Positions 52,292-64,000 of a stretch of 64,000 nt of DNA are shown one piece after another. The position numbers were made by a program, and so were the translations under genes. The stretch is taken from NCBI RefSeq assembly GCF_902713615.1, contig NC_052148.1:222665336-222729335 (forward strand), given 5' to 3'. The notes under the pieces are model-generated. The model was given only the letters and a program-made list of their open reading frames with translations, was not told the origin of the DNA and did not search any database. Position 1 is the first letter of the stretch. The number at the start of each line of letters is the position of its first letter. The DNA is from Scyliorhinus canicula (lineage: Eukaryota).

Positions 52292-52966
52292 GGCCGCGAT
52301 TCTCCCAAAGGGAGACTAAGTGCCGATGCCGGAGTGAAACCCGGAGCGGTGTGAGGCCGCTCCTCGCCCCCTATTCTCCCACCCCCAGGGGGCTAGGAGC
52401 AGCGGCGCGTCAATCCTGGGCGCCGGGCCTTGACGCTTGCATCAAAGTGGCGCCGCCTGAATGACGCGGCCGGCGGCGCCTAAATGACGTCACACGCGCA
52501 TGCGCAGGTTGGCCGGCGCCAACCCGCGCATGCGTGGTTGCCGTCTTCCTCTCCGCTGCCCCGCAAGGCATGTCGGAGTGATCTTGCAGGGCGGCGGAGG
52601 GAAAAGAATGCGTCTTTCAGAGACGCCTGCCCGACGATCGGTGGGCACCGATCGTGGGCCAGACCCCTCCTGAGCACCTCCCTGGTGCTCGATTCTCCCT
52701 CCACCCCCCACAGGCCCCACACACAGCGGTCGCACGGTTCACGCCGGCAGCGACCAGATGTGGTTGGCGCCAGCGTGAACCGGTCGTATTAGGCAGGCCA
52801 TTTGGCCCATCCGGGCCGGAGAATCCTCCGAGCAGCCTGTCGCAAAACGCGACACGCCGTTTTGGGGGGGTGGGAGAATCGCGTGCGGGTGCCAGGGCGG
52901 CGTGGCGTGATTCGCCCGGCACTCCCGAGATTCTCCCACCCGGCGTGGGGTCGGAGAATCACACCC
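52292..52966. mobile_element. Harbinger-type MITE, CpG-rich
   Basis: GGCCGCGATTCTCC / GGAGAATCACACCC. Confidence 0.83.
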
Positions 52967-53254
52967 CCAAAATGTTTTTACAAGGCAATCAGTGGTAGTA
53001 ATGACATCAGCCATGAGTGATTAATGTATAACTTTGGTGGTTAATGTAATAAGTATAGGCAAGTGATTCATCAATTAGACCGAACAGTTCATGAAATATG
53101 TTCTTCAAAGAAACTAAGGACATCAGGAAAACTTGTTTTTTGGAAGCAGCTTTGGAGATAACAAGTACAACTATTTGCATCAACAATTGTCTTCAAAGAA
53201 TTTGGGAACAGATACGTCATAAACGCTGATCAAAGATGTGTACCTTTGGAGGAG

Positions 53255-54168
53255 AGGAAGGGATAAGCCAGGAAACTGCAGGCCAGGCAGTCTATTCTCA
53301 GTGGTGGGCAAACTATTGGAAATGATTCTGAGAGACAGAATTAATCTGCCTTTGGAGAGTTAGGGATTAATCAAGAACAGTCAGCATGGTTTTGTTCAGG
53401 GGAGGTCATATCTAACCCATTTGATTGTCAAGGGGTGTTTTACTGACTGGAAGACTTTATCCATTGTTTGTGGTTTATATCAATGATTTTGACTTGTACG
53501 TAGGAAGGTTCTTCAGTAAATTTGCGGATGATACGAAAATTGGTGGGGTGGTAAAACGTGAGGAGGATAGCTTTAGATTACAAGAGGATATAGATGGGCT
53601 GGTCAGATGGGCTGATCAGTTACATATGGAATTCAATCCCAAAAGTGTGAGGTGATGTACTTGGGCAGGACAAAAAAGGCAAGAGAATACATGATAAACA
53701 GCAGGACCCTGGGAAGCACAGAGGATCAGAGGGACCTTGGTCTGCATATACACTGGTCCCTTAAGGCAACAGAGCTGGTGGATAAAGTGATTAAGAAGGC
53801 ATATGACACACTTGTCTTTCTTAGCCGAGGCATAGAGTTTAAGAGCAAGGAGATTATGCTGGAACTGTATAAAATGTTGGTAAAGCCACAACTATAGTAT
53901 TGTGTGCAGTTCGGGAATCTACATTATCTTCTTCTTGGGCAGTTCCTCTGCATCGAGGATGACTTGCTTCCATTCCAGGGAGGTGTGTTCTGCGGCAGCT
54001 GAAGAGCCCGACCCGCATAATATCTAAGAAGTATTTAGATGTGCACTTGCGATACCAAGGCATATATGGTTATGGGCCAAATGCTGGAAAATTTGAATAG
54101 TTGGGTGATAATTTTTGACTGGTGCAGACGTGATGGGCTGAAGGGCCTTTCCTGTGCTGTAGACCTCT
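53255..54168 (+). mobile_element. CR1 LINE ORF2 and 3' end, internally deleted
   Basis: SQHGF, YINDFD, SKFADDTKIGG, QRDLG; tail GATGGGCTGAAGGGCC..CTGTGCTGTA. Confidence 0.9.
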
Positions 54169-54329
54169 GCATATCCCCTGGAGGTGATCTCCCCTACACC
54201 GGTAGAATATTTAATTGCTCCCAATCTGTGCACCAAATTCCCTATACCTCTGCACACTCTTTTTCTCCAAGCCAATTTGCTCATTATGTTCTGTACCCTC
54301 ATCCCTGATGCCACAACTACCAGTGGCTT

Positions 54330-55232
54330 CCCGCCAAACTTGGTGGACCTCGCCTGCTTACAATCTCTACAGTTCCATTGCCCCCCTTTCGGCAGATTTC
54401 CATAGCCTGGGCAATTTCTGATGCTTTCTTTAAAGTAATCTCTGTTCTGCTAATCATTTCATTTGTATGGCCGTGCCAAGAACACCACAGACTAGCCTGT
54501 CTCACAACATATCATTGAGTGCAGACCTGGACTCGCACTCTTCAGCCATTTGTCTGAGGCACACCATGAATGCTGCTATCGTCTCCACTGGGGCTCTTGT
54601 CGTTGAATTAAATTGGTATCATTGCATTATCACCAAGGGCTTCAGGTAATAAAGTCCCTTGCCTAATTCCACAAGCTCCTCAAAGGTTTTGGAGTTAGGG
54701 GCATCTGTAGAATTCAGTCTCCTTGTCAGGTTATAGTGTGAAGCCCCACAAGCTTTTAAAAGGATTACCCTCCACTCCTCTTCCCCCCGAATTTTATTGG
54801 CCTTTTAAAAAATGCTCAGGCATTCGACATATGGCACACACTGCTCTGTATCAGAGTCCAATGGCTCACGTTTCCCAAAAAGGGACATTTTGGCACTCAT
54901 AGACCGCTGAATGAGTCAGCTTCAACAAAGGCCTCCACACAAGGTCTGCTGTCCTGATTCCTGTAGCACTAGGAAGGCACTGATCCTTGTCACCAAATTA
55001 ATATCTTTAAAAACAGGACCACCAAGTAGATCAACGAATAAATGGTTCATTAAAGTAAGTAACTATTTACAGAGAGTGAGATAAAGGTTATCTACCGTAC
55101 TCCACATCTCCAGACTCCAAATTGGCAAGGTAATCCACGCTCAGCCCTAGGATTTGTGTTCTCTGGCCTAATTGCTCCTGCAGATCACATGACTCGTAGA
55201 GAACTCACCTCTTAAAGGGGCATCATACCACA
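54330..55232 (-). mobile_element. Gypsy 5' relic: LTR (~54998-55232), PBS, gag
   Basis: Reverse complement starts TGTGGTATG; PBS TGGTGACAAGGAT (54983-54995, tRNA-Ser-like); gag motif SKTFEELV. Confidence 0.7.
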
Positions 55233-55239
55233 CCTGGGG

Positions 55240-56440
55240 CATTCCTGCCTCCACTTGATGTGCCTAGCTGCAGCGTGGTGCTCAACAGGTGCTCAACAGA
55301 AGCCTGCCTGCTACAATTGCTCACCAAAGTGTATGTTTCTGCGCTGGTGTGGGTGCCAACCATGACCCATCTTCTGTATCCTCCTCTGGCATCTGCTTCA
55401 AGCTTGTTCCAAGGGTTGATGGTGGATGGGCCAGGCTGCTTGGGTGAATTTCTTGCATGGAAATGGACATCGTCTTAGTGCATGACATGGAAAATGTTCT
55501 GAGACTCACAGAACTCACGTGAGTTTGGGTAGCTGGATGAAAGTACAGAGGCTTCTCGCTTTTCGCTCTAAGGCCCTCCTCGTTCTCTGACAGGCCCGCT
55601 CCTGCTCCTCTGCTATGAGCTCCAGTGTTTGCTCCTCAAATGCAGTCAGAATTGTTAGCTGTGCCATGTCACTGTCCATCTTTGCTTGCTTGTGGCGAGT
55701 GTCAGTCAGCTTATCCTACAGGGAGACAAATGGGGATGATAATAGGCTGCCTGCTGGGTTAAATAGTGATGATAAGAAACATGAATGGGCACAGCATCTG
55801 ATGACTTGTGAGGAAGGGAGTTCCTGTGGCGTATGAGGAAGCTTGTGGGAGATTGGGTGGCGGGGCCCTGCTCGGTGGCAGCATTTGGGGTGAGGGGGGA
55901 TGACTGAAAGGAGGAGGGGAGAGAGGAGACAAGAAGCCCTTATCCTGGCAGGTCAGAGTAGGTCAGTCATTTTCTTTCCAGTATTGCACTCCCGTCCTCT
56001 TGAGGAGGGTGCTGGCACTCACATGCACAGCCACTGTCCCCAGGTGGAGTTTGTGACCTTACTGAAAGATCTCCTGCCAGCCGGAGGGTAGATAGTAAGT
56101 TACCCATCTCTCTTCCACAGTATCCAACATTCTTGTGAGGGTTCCCTTGGTGAATTGTGGAGCTGGCTTCTTGGCTGCCGTCCTCCTGACTTGAATGTGA
56201 GCAAGAACCATGGAGCCATTTAAATGCAGCTCCCCCTTTATTGAAGCACTCAGATAACCTCTGGGGCGGACGAATCAGAAGCTCCCCACCATTGACGCGG
56301 CAATTGTTATGTGGGGAATTTTTTTCAAAGTGCCTAATAATTGCGGTCCAGATTGCACCGATGGTGGGGGCAGCGGGATTTACACCAGTGCTCGTGCCAA
56401 AACTGACGCTTAGCCAAATTTGGGGGAAATGATGCCCCAA
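55240..56440 (-). mobile_element. Harbinger end with Myb/SANT relic
   Basis: AAKKPAPQFTKGTLTRMLDTVEE...KRTGVQYWK at ~55950-56190. Confidence 0.7.
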
Positions 56441-56502
56441 ACTCACCTTTAATTATGCTGAAGTCATGGATAGGTGAGCAGATGAGAAAAAAATATGCTT
56501 AG

Positions 56503-56807
56503 TGTTGGAACCAACAATTCTACGGACACGTGCTTGTAGGATTAGAATAGCGGTTTTAATATACTCACAACAGAGCCAGCCGGTTAGCCATTGAACTTTC
56601 GGTGAACTGGCCGGCTGACCATGTGGCACTGAGCTTTTATACAGCAGCTTCCGTGGGAGGAGTCCTGGGCAGAGCCAAGGGAGAAGCCCCATACAACTCG
56701 AGCATTCCCAGAGCTACTCCCCCTGGAGGACAGGTAGTGCAACTGCACTTACAATACAGACACATGTATATACAGATTATAATCTGGTGTGAATCACATT
56801 CACCATA
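56503..56807 (-). repeat. Solo Gypsy-type LTR (305 bp)
   Basis: Perfect 5-bp TSD CTTAG; TATAAAA and ATTAAA on -. Confidence 0.82.
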
Positions 56808-57464
56808 CTTAGGAAGGGAGAGCTTGCTTTGCAAAGCGCCCTGTGTGGAAGGTTACAAATTCTACGCCATCTCTGGTTGTTTGAAAGCGACCATTCGGAG
56901 TGATTCAAGTCAAAACCTCCTTCAGGAGCGGTGATTGCTATGAAGCTTTCCCATGTCTATTCTCATAGAAAAAACACAGATTCTAACAGCTGCTTTTCAA
57001 TTCTGCCAGAGAAAAAGAATTGTAGAATAATAAATGAGAACAAAGACAAGCTATTATTATAATCTCCCATCAGCAGAGTCGCACCGCGCCCACATTTACC
57101 ATCACGGCCATGACATCATCTTGTTTAATGTAGCTTTGTTCCATTTTGGTTCCACGCCATTTAATTTGCCGATATTGTTTGGTATTTTTAGCTGTATTTC
57201 AAAGAAACTGAGGGCTGTCTCGAATTTAATTTTGCCATTTTGAAAAGCATTAATGCCTTTGCATGATAACAGGAACTCCAACAAACAATGTGATTGTTGA
57301 TTGACAGCTATTGAAAGGCAGACAGGATCTCCAGACTACACTTTGATGTGATAGGTTCAAAAAGCTGCACTCTGACTTCTGATAATTACCTCAGCAACTT
57401 AAGCCAAAGTTCTCAGCTATTCAATCTTTGTCTGCATTGTCCCAGTTCTGAGGGAGTGCCGTTC

Positions 57465-58320
57465 TTTCATTCGTAGGGTGTGAGCATTACTGGGAAGGCC
57501 AGCATTTGTTTCTTATCTCTAATTGCACTTGACAAGTGGTGGCAACTCACCTTCTTAATCTGCTGCAGTCTATCTGATGAGATACACGCACAGTGCTCTT
57601 AAGAAGGGAGTTCCCATATTTTGACCCAACAACAGAGAAGGAATGGTGATATAGTTCCAAGCCATGATTGTATGTGGCTTAAAGGGGAACATGTGGTATT
57701 CACATGTGTCTGCCCTTACCCTTCTAGGTGGTTAAGGTCAAAAATTTGTAAGTTGCTGTCAAAGGAGCTTTGGCGAATTACTAAGAAAAATCTTGTAGAT
57801 GGCACACACTGCTGTCACTGCATTGTCGGTGGGGTGCCGAACAAGTGGCCTGCTTTGTCCTGGATTATATTGAGCTTCTACAGCTTGTATTGGAGCTGCA
57901 CTCGTCCAGGAAATAAATGGAGAATATTCCATCAAACTCCTGACTTGTGGGCTTTGGAGAGTCAGGAGGTGAATTATTTGCCACAGAATCCCCAGTCTCT
58001 GACATACTTTTCCAGCCACTGTATTTATATTGCTGGTCCAGTTACAATTCTGGTTAATGATAACATCAATGATGTAGCCAGCGAGGGATTCAGCAATGGT
58101 AATGCTGTTGAATGTCAAGGGGGATGGTTAGATTTTCTGTTATTAGAAGTAATCATTGTCTAACATTTATGTATGCGACTCGCCACTTATTATCAGCCCA
58201 AGCCTGATTGCTGTCCAGGTCCTGGTGCACGTGGACCCAAAGATGCTTCAGTATCTATGGAGTCATGAAGGTTACTGAACACTGTGCAGCATGAGTGAGT
58301 ATCCCTACTTATGGCCTGTT
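57465..58320 (-). mobile_element. CR1/L2-group LINE 3' fragment
   Basis: WTSNINTVA, QRLGIL, QVRSLMEYSP; 3' tail shared with the SINE at 62822. Confidence 0.8.
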
Positions 58321-58554
58321 GGAAAAGAAAAATGTGAACTCGGCAATAAAAAAAATCAAAAAACAAATAGAGTGAAAAGAAAACTCACCAATGTGATATC
58401 ATGTTGGCAAAGTAAGAATATTTAGTGAGGGGGAAATCATGCGTTGGGGGGGGGGGGGGGAACCAGTTAATAACATTATAATGCATTAAAATCCATTTAA
58501 ATGAGATTCCTGCCAAATTCATTTGTGTGAGATTCCCATGTTTTGTGGGTGTGC

Positions 58555-58750
58555 CTCCACCCCTAAAGTGCATTAGAGAACTGGTTTGCTTTTTTACACC
58601 AATCAATAATGGTCTCACCATCAGTGCAACTAGTTTCAATGCCAGGTTTTAATAATTGGCTTCAAATTCCACCATCTGCACAGGTGGGACCTGTGTCCCC
58701 ATAGCATTAGCCTAGGTCTTTGGATTCTAGTCAAATGACATTACCACTAA
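58555..58750 (-). mobile_element. tRNA SINE (second family) 5' fragment
   Basis: Reverse-complement match to the head of 62822-63170. Confidence 0.6.
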
Positions 58751-58810
58751 ATAATATTCTGCTTTTTGCTTTTTCCTTACAAGGTGAACAATGTCACATT
58801 TTCCCACTAA

Positions 58811-59135
58811 GGGCGGCACCGTGGTTATCACTTCTGCCTCACAGTGCCAAGGAACTGGGCCGGGTTCGATTCCGACCTTGGGTGACTGACTGTGTGGATT
58901 TTGGAAGTTCTCCCTGTGTTTGCCTGGGTTTCCTCCGGGTGGTCTGGTTTTCTCCTACATCCAAAGACATGCAGGTTAGTTGGGTTGGCCATGCTAAATT
59001 GCCCTTTATTGTCCAAAGACATGCAGGTTAAGCACTGTTACAGAGATAGGGTGGGGGAGTGCACCTAGGTAGGGTGCTCTTTCAAAGGGTCAATGCAGAC
59101 TCAATGGACCAAATGGCCTTCTTCTGCATTGTGGG
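58811..59135 (+). mobile_element. HE1/V-type SINE, older copy
   Basis: A/B boxes, V domain, CR1-type tail. Confidence 0.85.
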
Positions 59136-60339
59136 GATAAATGTCTTGTACGTTCTCCTGTTTGTCCACCATAACTTTGGTTCTAGAGCTGTGGACGCTC
59201 CAGGTAAATGGCACAAACTCTGCAGCATCACTGGGATTTATCTTGGCAAATTCCCTTTTTTCAGGAAGAACCCTGATTTGATCCTGCCCTTCATTTCTAC
59301 CAAGAGATATCGGAGAAGGGTCAGTTCTTGGAAGCTCTGTCTAGATGAGGATAGTGCTGGCGAACACTTTATAAACGCCCCTGTGTCCTTCATATCTGAC
59401 TTATTACCCAACTAAATAATTTGGCTTACTTTCCTGGTGGCCTCAGAAAGAGACAGGCCTTTAATATAAAATTAGCCACCTCAGAAAATAGCATATCTCA
59501 TATTATCCCCTGACCCTTGTATGTATGTCACACCTGAAGTCTGTCCTGCTTTAAAGTTGCAAAATTGCACTATTATTGATTTACTGCTATAACGATGGTG
59601 TGGACAATGATTGATAGAATCTGGATGTATGTTTACAATATGTCAAAAGCAAACATTAACTTAACTAGTTGTAAGTAGAAGGGGCGAAACTTAAACAGTA
59701 AAAATGTGCAATACTTATTTGTGTTTTGATAATGACTTAAGTTCAATGTCCTTGACTGATAGATTTTCTTAGATGATTGTTCTTATGACTGTCATCATGT
59801 AAGAGCTAACAACAAATAAAGACTGAAAAAGACAGGGAACTCCATTGTTCATCCGTAAATATGTCTCTTGCATATTTGTAATTAAATATAGAAGGCGAGA
59901 TGGTTGCATGGAATTCCTCATTCCCTGAAAGGCGTTAATGCAGAGCTAAAATTTAACATAAATATTTTGGATAGCTGGATGGATCAGTTATTATGGATTC
60001 ACAGAGTATTCATTTGTGTACCTGTAGCTCTCTCCCAAACTCTTTCTAAATGTTCTTCAGTAATAAAAGGGGGAGTTCAACCTGCATGTAAAACCTCCAC
60101 ACTCACCACCCTCCTTCCACACTGGACTGTAGGGATAGGGTGTGCTGTAATTTGCCTTTAAGGGATATTAGCATGACGTCACTAGAAGGGAAGTGTCATG
60201 TGATCCAGTCTTCGTTTCGCATTTACTCTAAGCAGAGCACACTCACACAGCTCTACTGTAAGAGCACTTACTGCTCTTCCTTATTTAACACCTTGGGGCT
60301 CAAGCTGCAATAAAGCCTCCTCTTGCTGTAACCTAATTA

Positions 60340-61575
60340 AGGGCCTGCTGCAGGTGTTGTGTTGCAGGGTCTTGGAACCTGCAAGGTGGCCGGTGTGGAG
60401 AGGGGCGAGGAAGGAGGAGAACCTCCTCATGAACATGCTCTTGGGCAAGGCAAAATTTGCCATAAGCAAGTTCAGTCAGCGGGCGACCGAGGGAGTCGTC
60501 CAACCCAACTGCCTGCCTCTCTTCCACAGCTTCATCCGTGGCCGGGTGATCCTGGAGAGGGGGCATGCAGTGTCCACAGGCACCATCGAGGCCTTCCGTG
60601 CTCGATGGGCACTGCAGGGTCTGGGGTCTATTTAATCACATTTGATCTATTTAATCACATTTGATCTATTTAATCACATTTCAGTTTGATGTTTTAAGTT
60701 TCATTTGTGATTTGTTTTTGTTTAAGTTAGTGTCCCTTTAAGGGGCTGCCCTTTAATTTGTTAATTCATTTGATTTGGTTTAATTGGCTTGAACAAAGTA
60801 TTGGAGTCTGCGAGGCCTGAGGAGCTGAAGGGGCTAGAGGAACTGAAAAATAGGGAGAATAAAATATTTTATCATGACCTGAGATAGGTGTCTGGACATT
60901 TTGTGGTGGGTTTGTGTGTTGAAGGGGGAGGAAAATAAGATAATTTAAAAGGCTTGCGAGAGGAGGGAGTTGCATCTACGTGTATGACTCTAACTTCCAT
61001 CACCTCCCTCCCTTTGTGCTTAACTCCAGGTGGCTGGTGCTGTCTGGTGAAGGAGGAAAGGAAAACATCTGTGTGTCAGTCAGTACTGGCTAGCTTGATG
61101 AAGACATCATCCTCCCCCCACCTTGGAAGAAGAACTACAACAAGATAGACCCTCACCCCACCCCACCGCAACCACCTCTGACCCAGTTGACACCCACCTG
61201 CCCTGCACAGTTTCCATCTGTTCTCGTGCCTGCATGCTCATTTACTCTTTCTTCCTCCTCCTCTCTTCTCCCAACTTAACACGAGTAGGGGGAGATTATT
61301 TGTCCTTTTTCCTCTCCCCCCCCCCCGGTACATTATTACGTCACCAATACAAGATTTTGGGGTGGGTGTAGCTCGCATCACATGGCAAAAACACTATCAC
61401 CAGTGCCAGGGCTTTCCAAGGGCCCCATTGTGGCAACACCATCACTGGTGGTGGAGCCCTCCTGAAGAACCCATGCAGGAGCAGCAGCATCTGCAGCTCC
61501 CACTGCTACTGCGGTTCCAACACTGTTCCATCTGGTCGCAAAACGTTTTGAGTTGAAAAGCTACACCCACCCTGA
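60340..61575 (+). mobile_element. Tx1/L1-clade LINE: ORF2 C-terminus followed by 5'UTR and ORF1-like start
   Basis: LLMNMLLGKAKFAI...LFHSFIRGRVILE...FRARWA; then ATPS..THAGAAASAAP. Confidence 0.65.
60627..60681 (+). repeat. 19-bp tandem repeat, ~3 copies
   Basis: (TCTATTTAATCACATTTGA)x2.9. Confidence 0.95.
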
Positions 61576-61849
61576 AATAAGTATTGAGGCTTTCATAAAG
61601 CCTATGGCTGGGGTTGTCAGCCCCTCCACTATAGTCACGGTCTAGTGTATGTATGGAAAGGCGATGTTTCTCCGGACTCAAGTTAAAGTCCGCTGAACGG
61701 CGCGATGAGTGGTGTGTTCCTCAGCGACTGTGGTGAAAGAGAAACATTCCGCTATCCAACAGCACTTTGCCTTTTTTTTGTCCATGAGGTGTTTCTCCCC
61801 ATCAAGGCCATGCTTCGAGGAATTTCTTGCTGGCGAGCATTTCCCCTGC

Positions 61850-63340
61850 CTTCTCCCTAGTAACCCTGTACATTCTACCTTTTAGGAGAATAATCAATAT
61901 CCTGTTGAATACCTCAGTTGAACCTGCCTCCATCACACTTTCAGGCTGTGCATTCTGGACCTTTACAACTTCCTGCGTAGAATTGTTTTCATCACACCGA
62001 CATTGCTTCTTTCACCAATTACCTTAAATCTGCCTTCTGTTTTCCGATCCGTCCCCCAGTGGGAACAGTTTCTCTCTATCTACTCTGTTCCGACCACTCG
62101 ATTTGAACACCTCCCTCAAATATCCTCTCATACTTCTCCTCTCCAAGGAGAACGGTCTTCTCCAATCTATCTATGTAATTGCAATTCCTCAGCTCTTGAA
62201 CCATTCTCAAGAACCTGTTTTACACCCTCTCTAATGTCATTCATAAAGTGTGATGCCCGGAACTGGATACATTACTCTGGTTGAGGTTGAATCAGTTTTA
62301 TACAGGTCTAACATCACTTACTTAAACCCCCTCTTGATGAAATTCAGGCTGCCATATGCTTTGCTCTCAACTTTCATTGACACATGCTCTCAGGTTTTTG
62401 TTGCACCTCCTTTAGAATTGTACCCTTTCTTTTCTTTCGTCTCTCCAAGTTCTTCATACTAACGTGAGTAATGTCACATTTCTCTGCATTAAATTTAATC
62501 TTCCACTTGTCTGCCCATTATGCCAACCTGCCAACCTGCCAATGTCCTTTTGAAGTTCTGCAGTTCCCAATACTTGCAAGTTTTGTATTTTCCAAAAATG
62601 TTTGATACTCTGCTCCATATACTGAGGCCTTAGCCACTGATATATGTCAGGAAAAGCAAATGTCTTCACACTGGCCCCTGGGAAACTGCACAATAAACCT
62701 TCCTCTATTCAGAAAAAAAGCCGTAAAACACAATTTTCTATTTACGATCACTCAGCCATGAAAACTACCCTTTTATCCCATGAGAACTGAGTTTCCTCGC
62801 AAGTCTGTTCAGGGGCACTTGAGGGGAGATGATGGCGGAGTGGTAATGTCATTTGAAAAACCCAGGCACAATCGAGGGACCCAGGCTAATGCTCTAGGGA
62901 CATGGGAATTTAAATTCAACTCCTAATTCTGGAATTAAAAAGAACTATTCTCAATAATGGTCCGATAACCATGAAACGATTGTAAAAATTCATCTGGTTC
63001 ACAAATGTCCTTTAGGGAGGCAATCTGGCCTGTATGACTCCAAGCCCACAGCAATGTGGAGGACTCTTGGTGGCCCTCTGAAATTCCCTTGCATTCCACT
63101 TGGTTCAAGAGCAATTAGGGATGAGGAATAAATGGCGACCTTGTCAGTGATTCCCACATCCTGTGCAAGAAAAAGGACTATATCGAATGTTTTTCGGAAG
63201 TTTATGTACATCACATCAACGACATTACCCTGATCAGCCTGCTCTGTTAACTCATCAGAAACTCCAAACAGTGAGTCAAACATGTTTTGCCCTGAACAAA
63301 TCCAAGCTGGCTTTCTTGAATTAACCTTCATTTGCCAAAC
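61850..63340 (-). mobile_element. Old CR1 LINE relic, interrupted by a SINE
   Basis: DQGNVVDVMYINFRKTFD; LQKDIGRLAGW. Confidence 0.75.
62822..63170 (+). mobile_element. tRNA SINE (second family)
   Basis: TGGCGGAGTGG A box; tail GCAATTAGGGATG..AATAAATG..CCCACATCC. Confidence 0.75.
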
Positions 63341-63367
63341 TAATTATTAATTTTGTCCCAAATTATT

Positions 63368-64000
63368 GGGCGGGATTCTCCGACCCGGTGTGGGGAGTGC
63401 AAATCACACGACGCCGCTCCGATGCCGGTCCGCCGATTCTTCTGCTACCGGAGAATCGACACCATAGGTGCCGCCGTGGTCGGGGCCGCTCAACGCAGCC
63501 CCCCCTGGCGATTCTCCCCATGCAATGGGCAAAGTGCCCGCCGCGTTCAGCCGAGTCCTGCTGGTGTCGTTCCCGTGTGGTCCTACCCGGCGGGACCTCG
63601 GCGTTCATGCTGTGGGGAGCGGCTGGTGGGAGGGAGGGGGGATCTGACTCCAGGGGAGCCTCCACGGTGGCCTGGCCCGCGATTGGGGCCTACCGGTCGG
63701 AGGGCGGGCTTATCTCAGTGGGGGCCTATGTTTCTCTGCGCCGGGCCTCTGTACGTCTCCGCCATGTTGCGTTGTGGCAGGCATGGAGATGGCAACCCAC
63801 GCGCATGTGGAAACTCGGCCGGCCATGGCGCGCATGCACAAACTCACGCCGGCCGTGGCGTGCATGCGTGGACCTGCGGCTCCCGTGCTGATGCCCGGCA
63901 GCTGGAGCAGCGTGAGGCTCGCCAGTGCAGTGCTGGCCCCCTATGTGGCGCAGGAACGCTGATCCTAGGGTCCAGATGATACCGTTGTAAAACGCTCCAG
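63368..64000. mobile_element. Harbinger-type MITE, CpG-rich, runs off the window
   Basis: GGGCGGGATTCTCC TIR; internal GGAGAATC/GATTCTCC copies. Confidence 0.83.

Noticed and set aside
1-64000. CRISPR array or prokaryotic operon
   Set aside because: No regularly spaced repeat-spacer array; the content is vertebrate transposon-derived.

Overview
This window is repeat-saturated eukaryotic DNA, most likely intergenic or intronic sequence from an elasmobranch (shark) genome, judging by the many HE1/V-type tRNA SINEs and a SacSINE1-like DeuSINE. I found no intact host protein-coding gene; there is one candidate 69-nt exon. Almost all ORFs in the track are decayed transposon fragments or spurious GC-rich frames. 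Main contents: (1) a decayed Ty3/Gypsy element with its 3' LTR (1-3540); (2) at least three decayed PIF/Harbinger elements with convergent DDE-transposase and Myb/SANT genes, one with both ends and an AGA TSD (5327-13201), plus about 10 GC-rich Harbinger-type MITEs; (3) a deleted retrovirus-like gag-pro-RT element (39782-43180) with retroviral rather than Gypsy RT signatures, and a possibly cognate 978-bp solo LTR (47959-48936); (4) two more Gypsy relics, several solo LTRs, CR1, Rex/Babar and Tx1 LINE fragments, a Penelope-like stub with a broken hammerhead core, and a 211-N gap. The most interesting points are the possible deep-branching endogenous retrovirus, one SINE head carrying three different LINE-matched tails, and MITEs loaded with NRF1 and CRE motifs. 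All family assignments come from motif recognition, not database searches.
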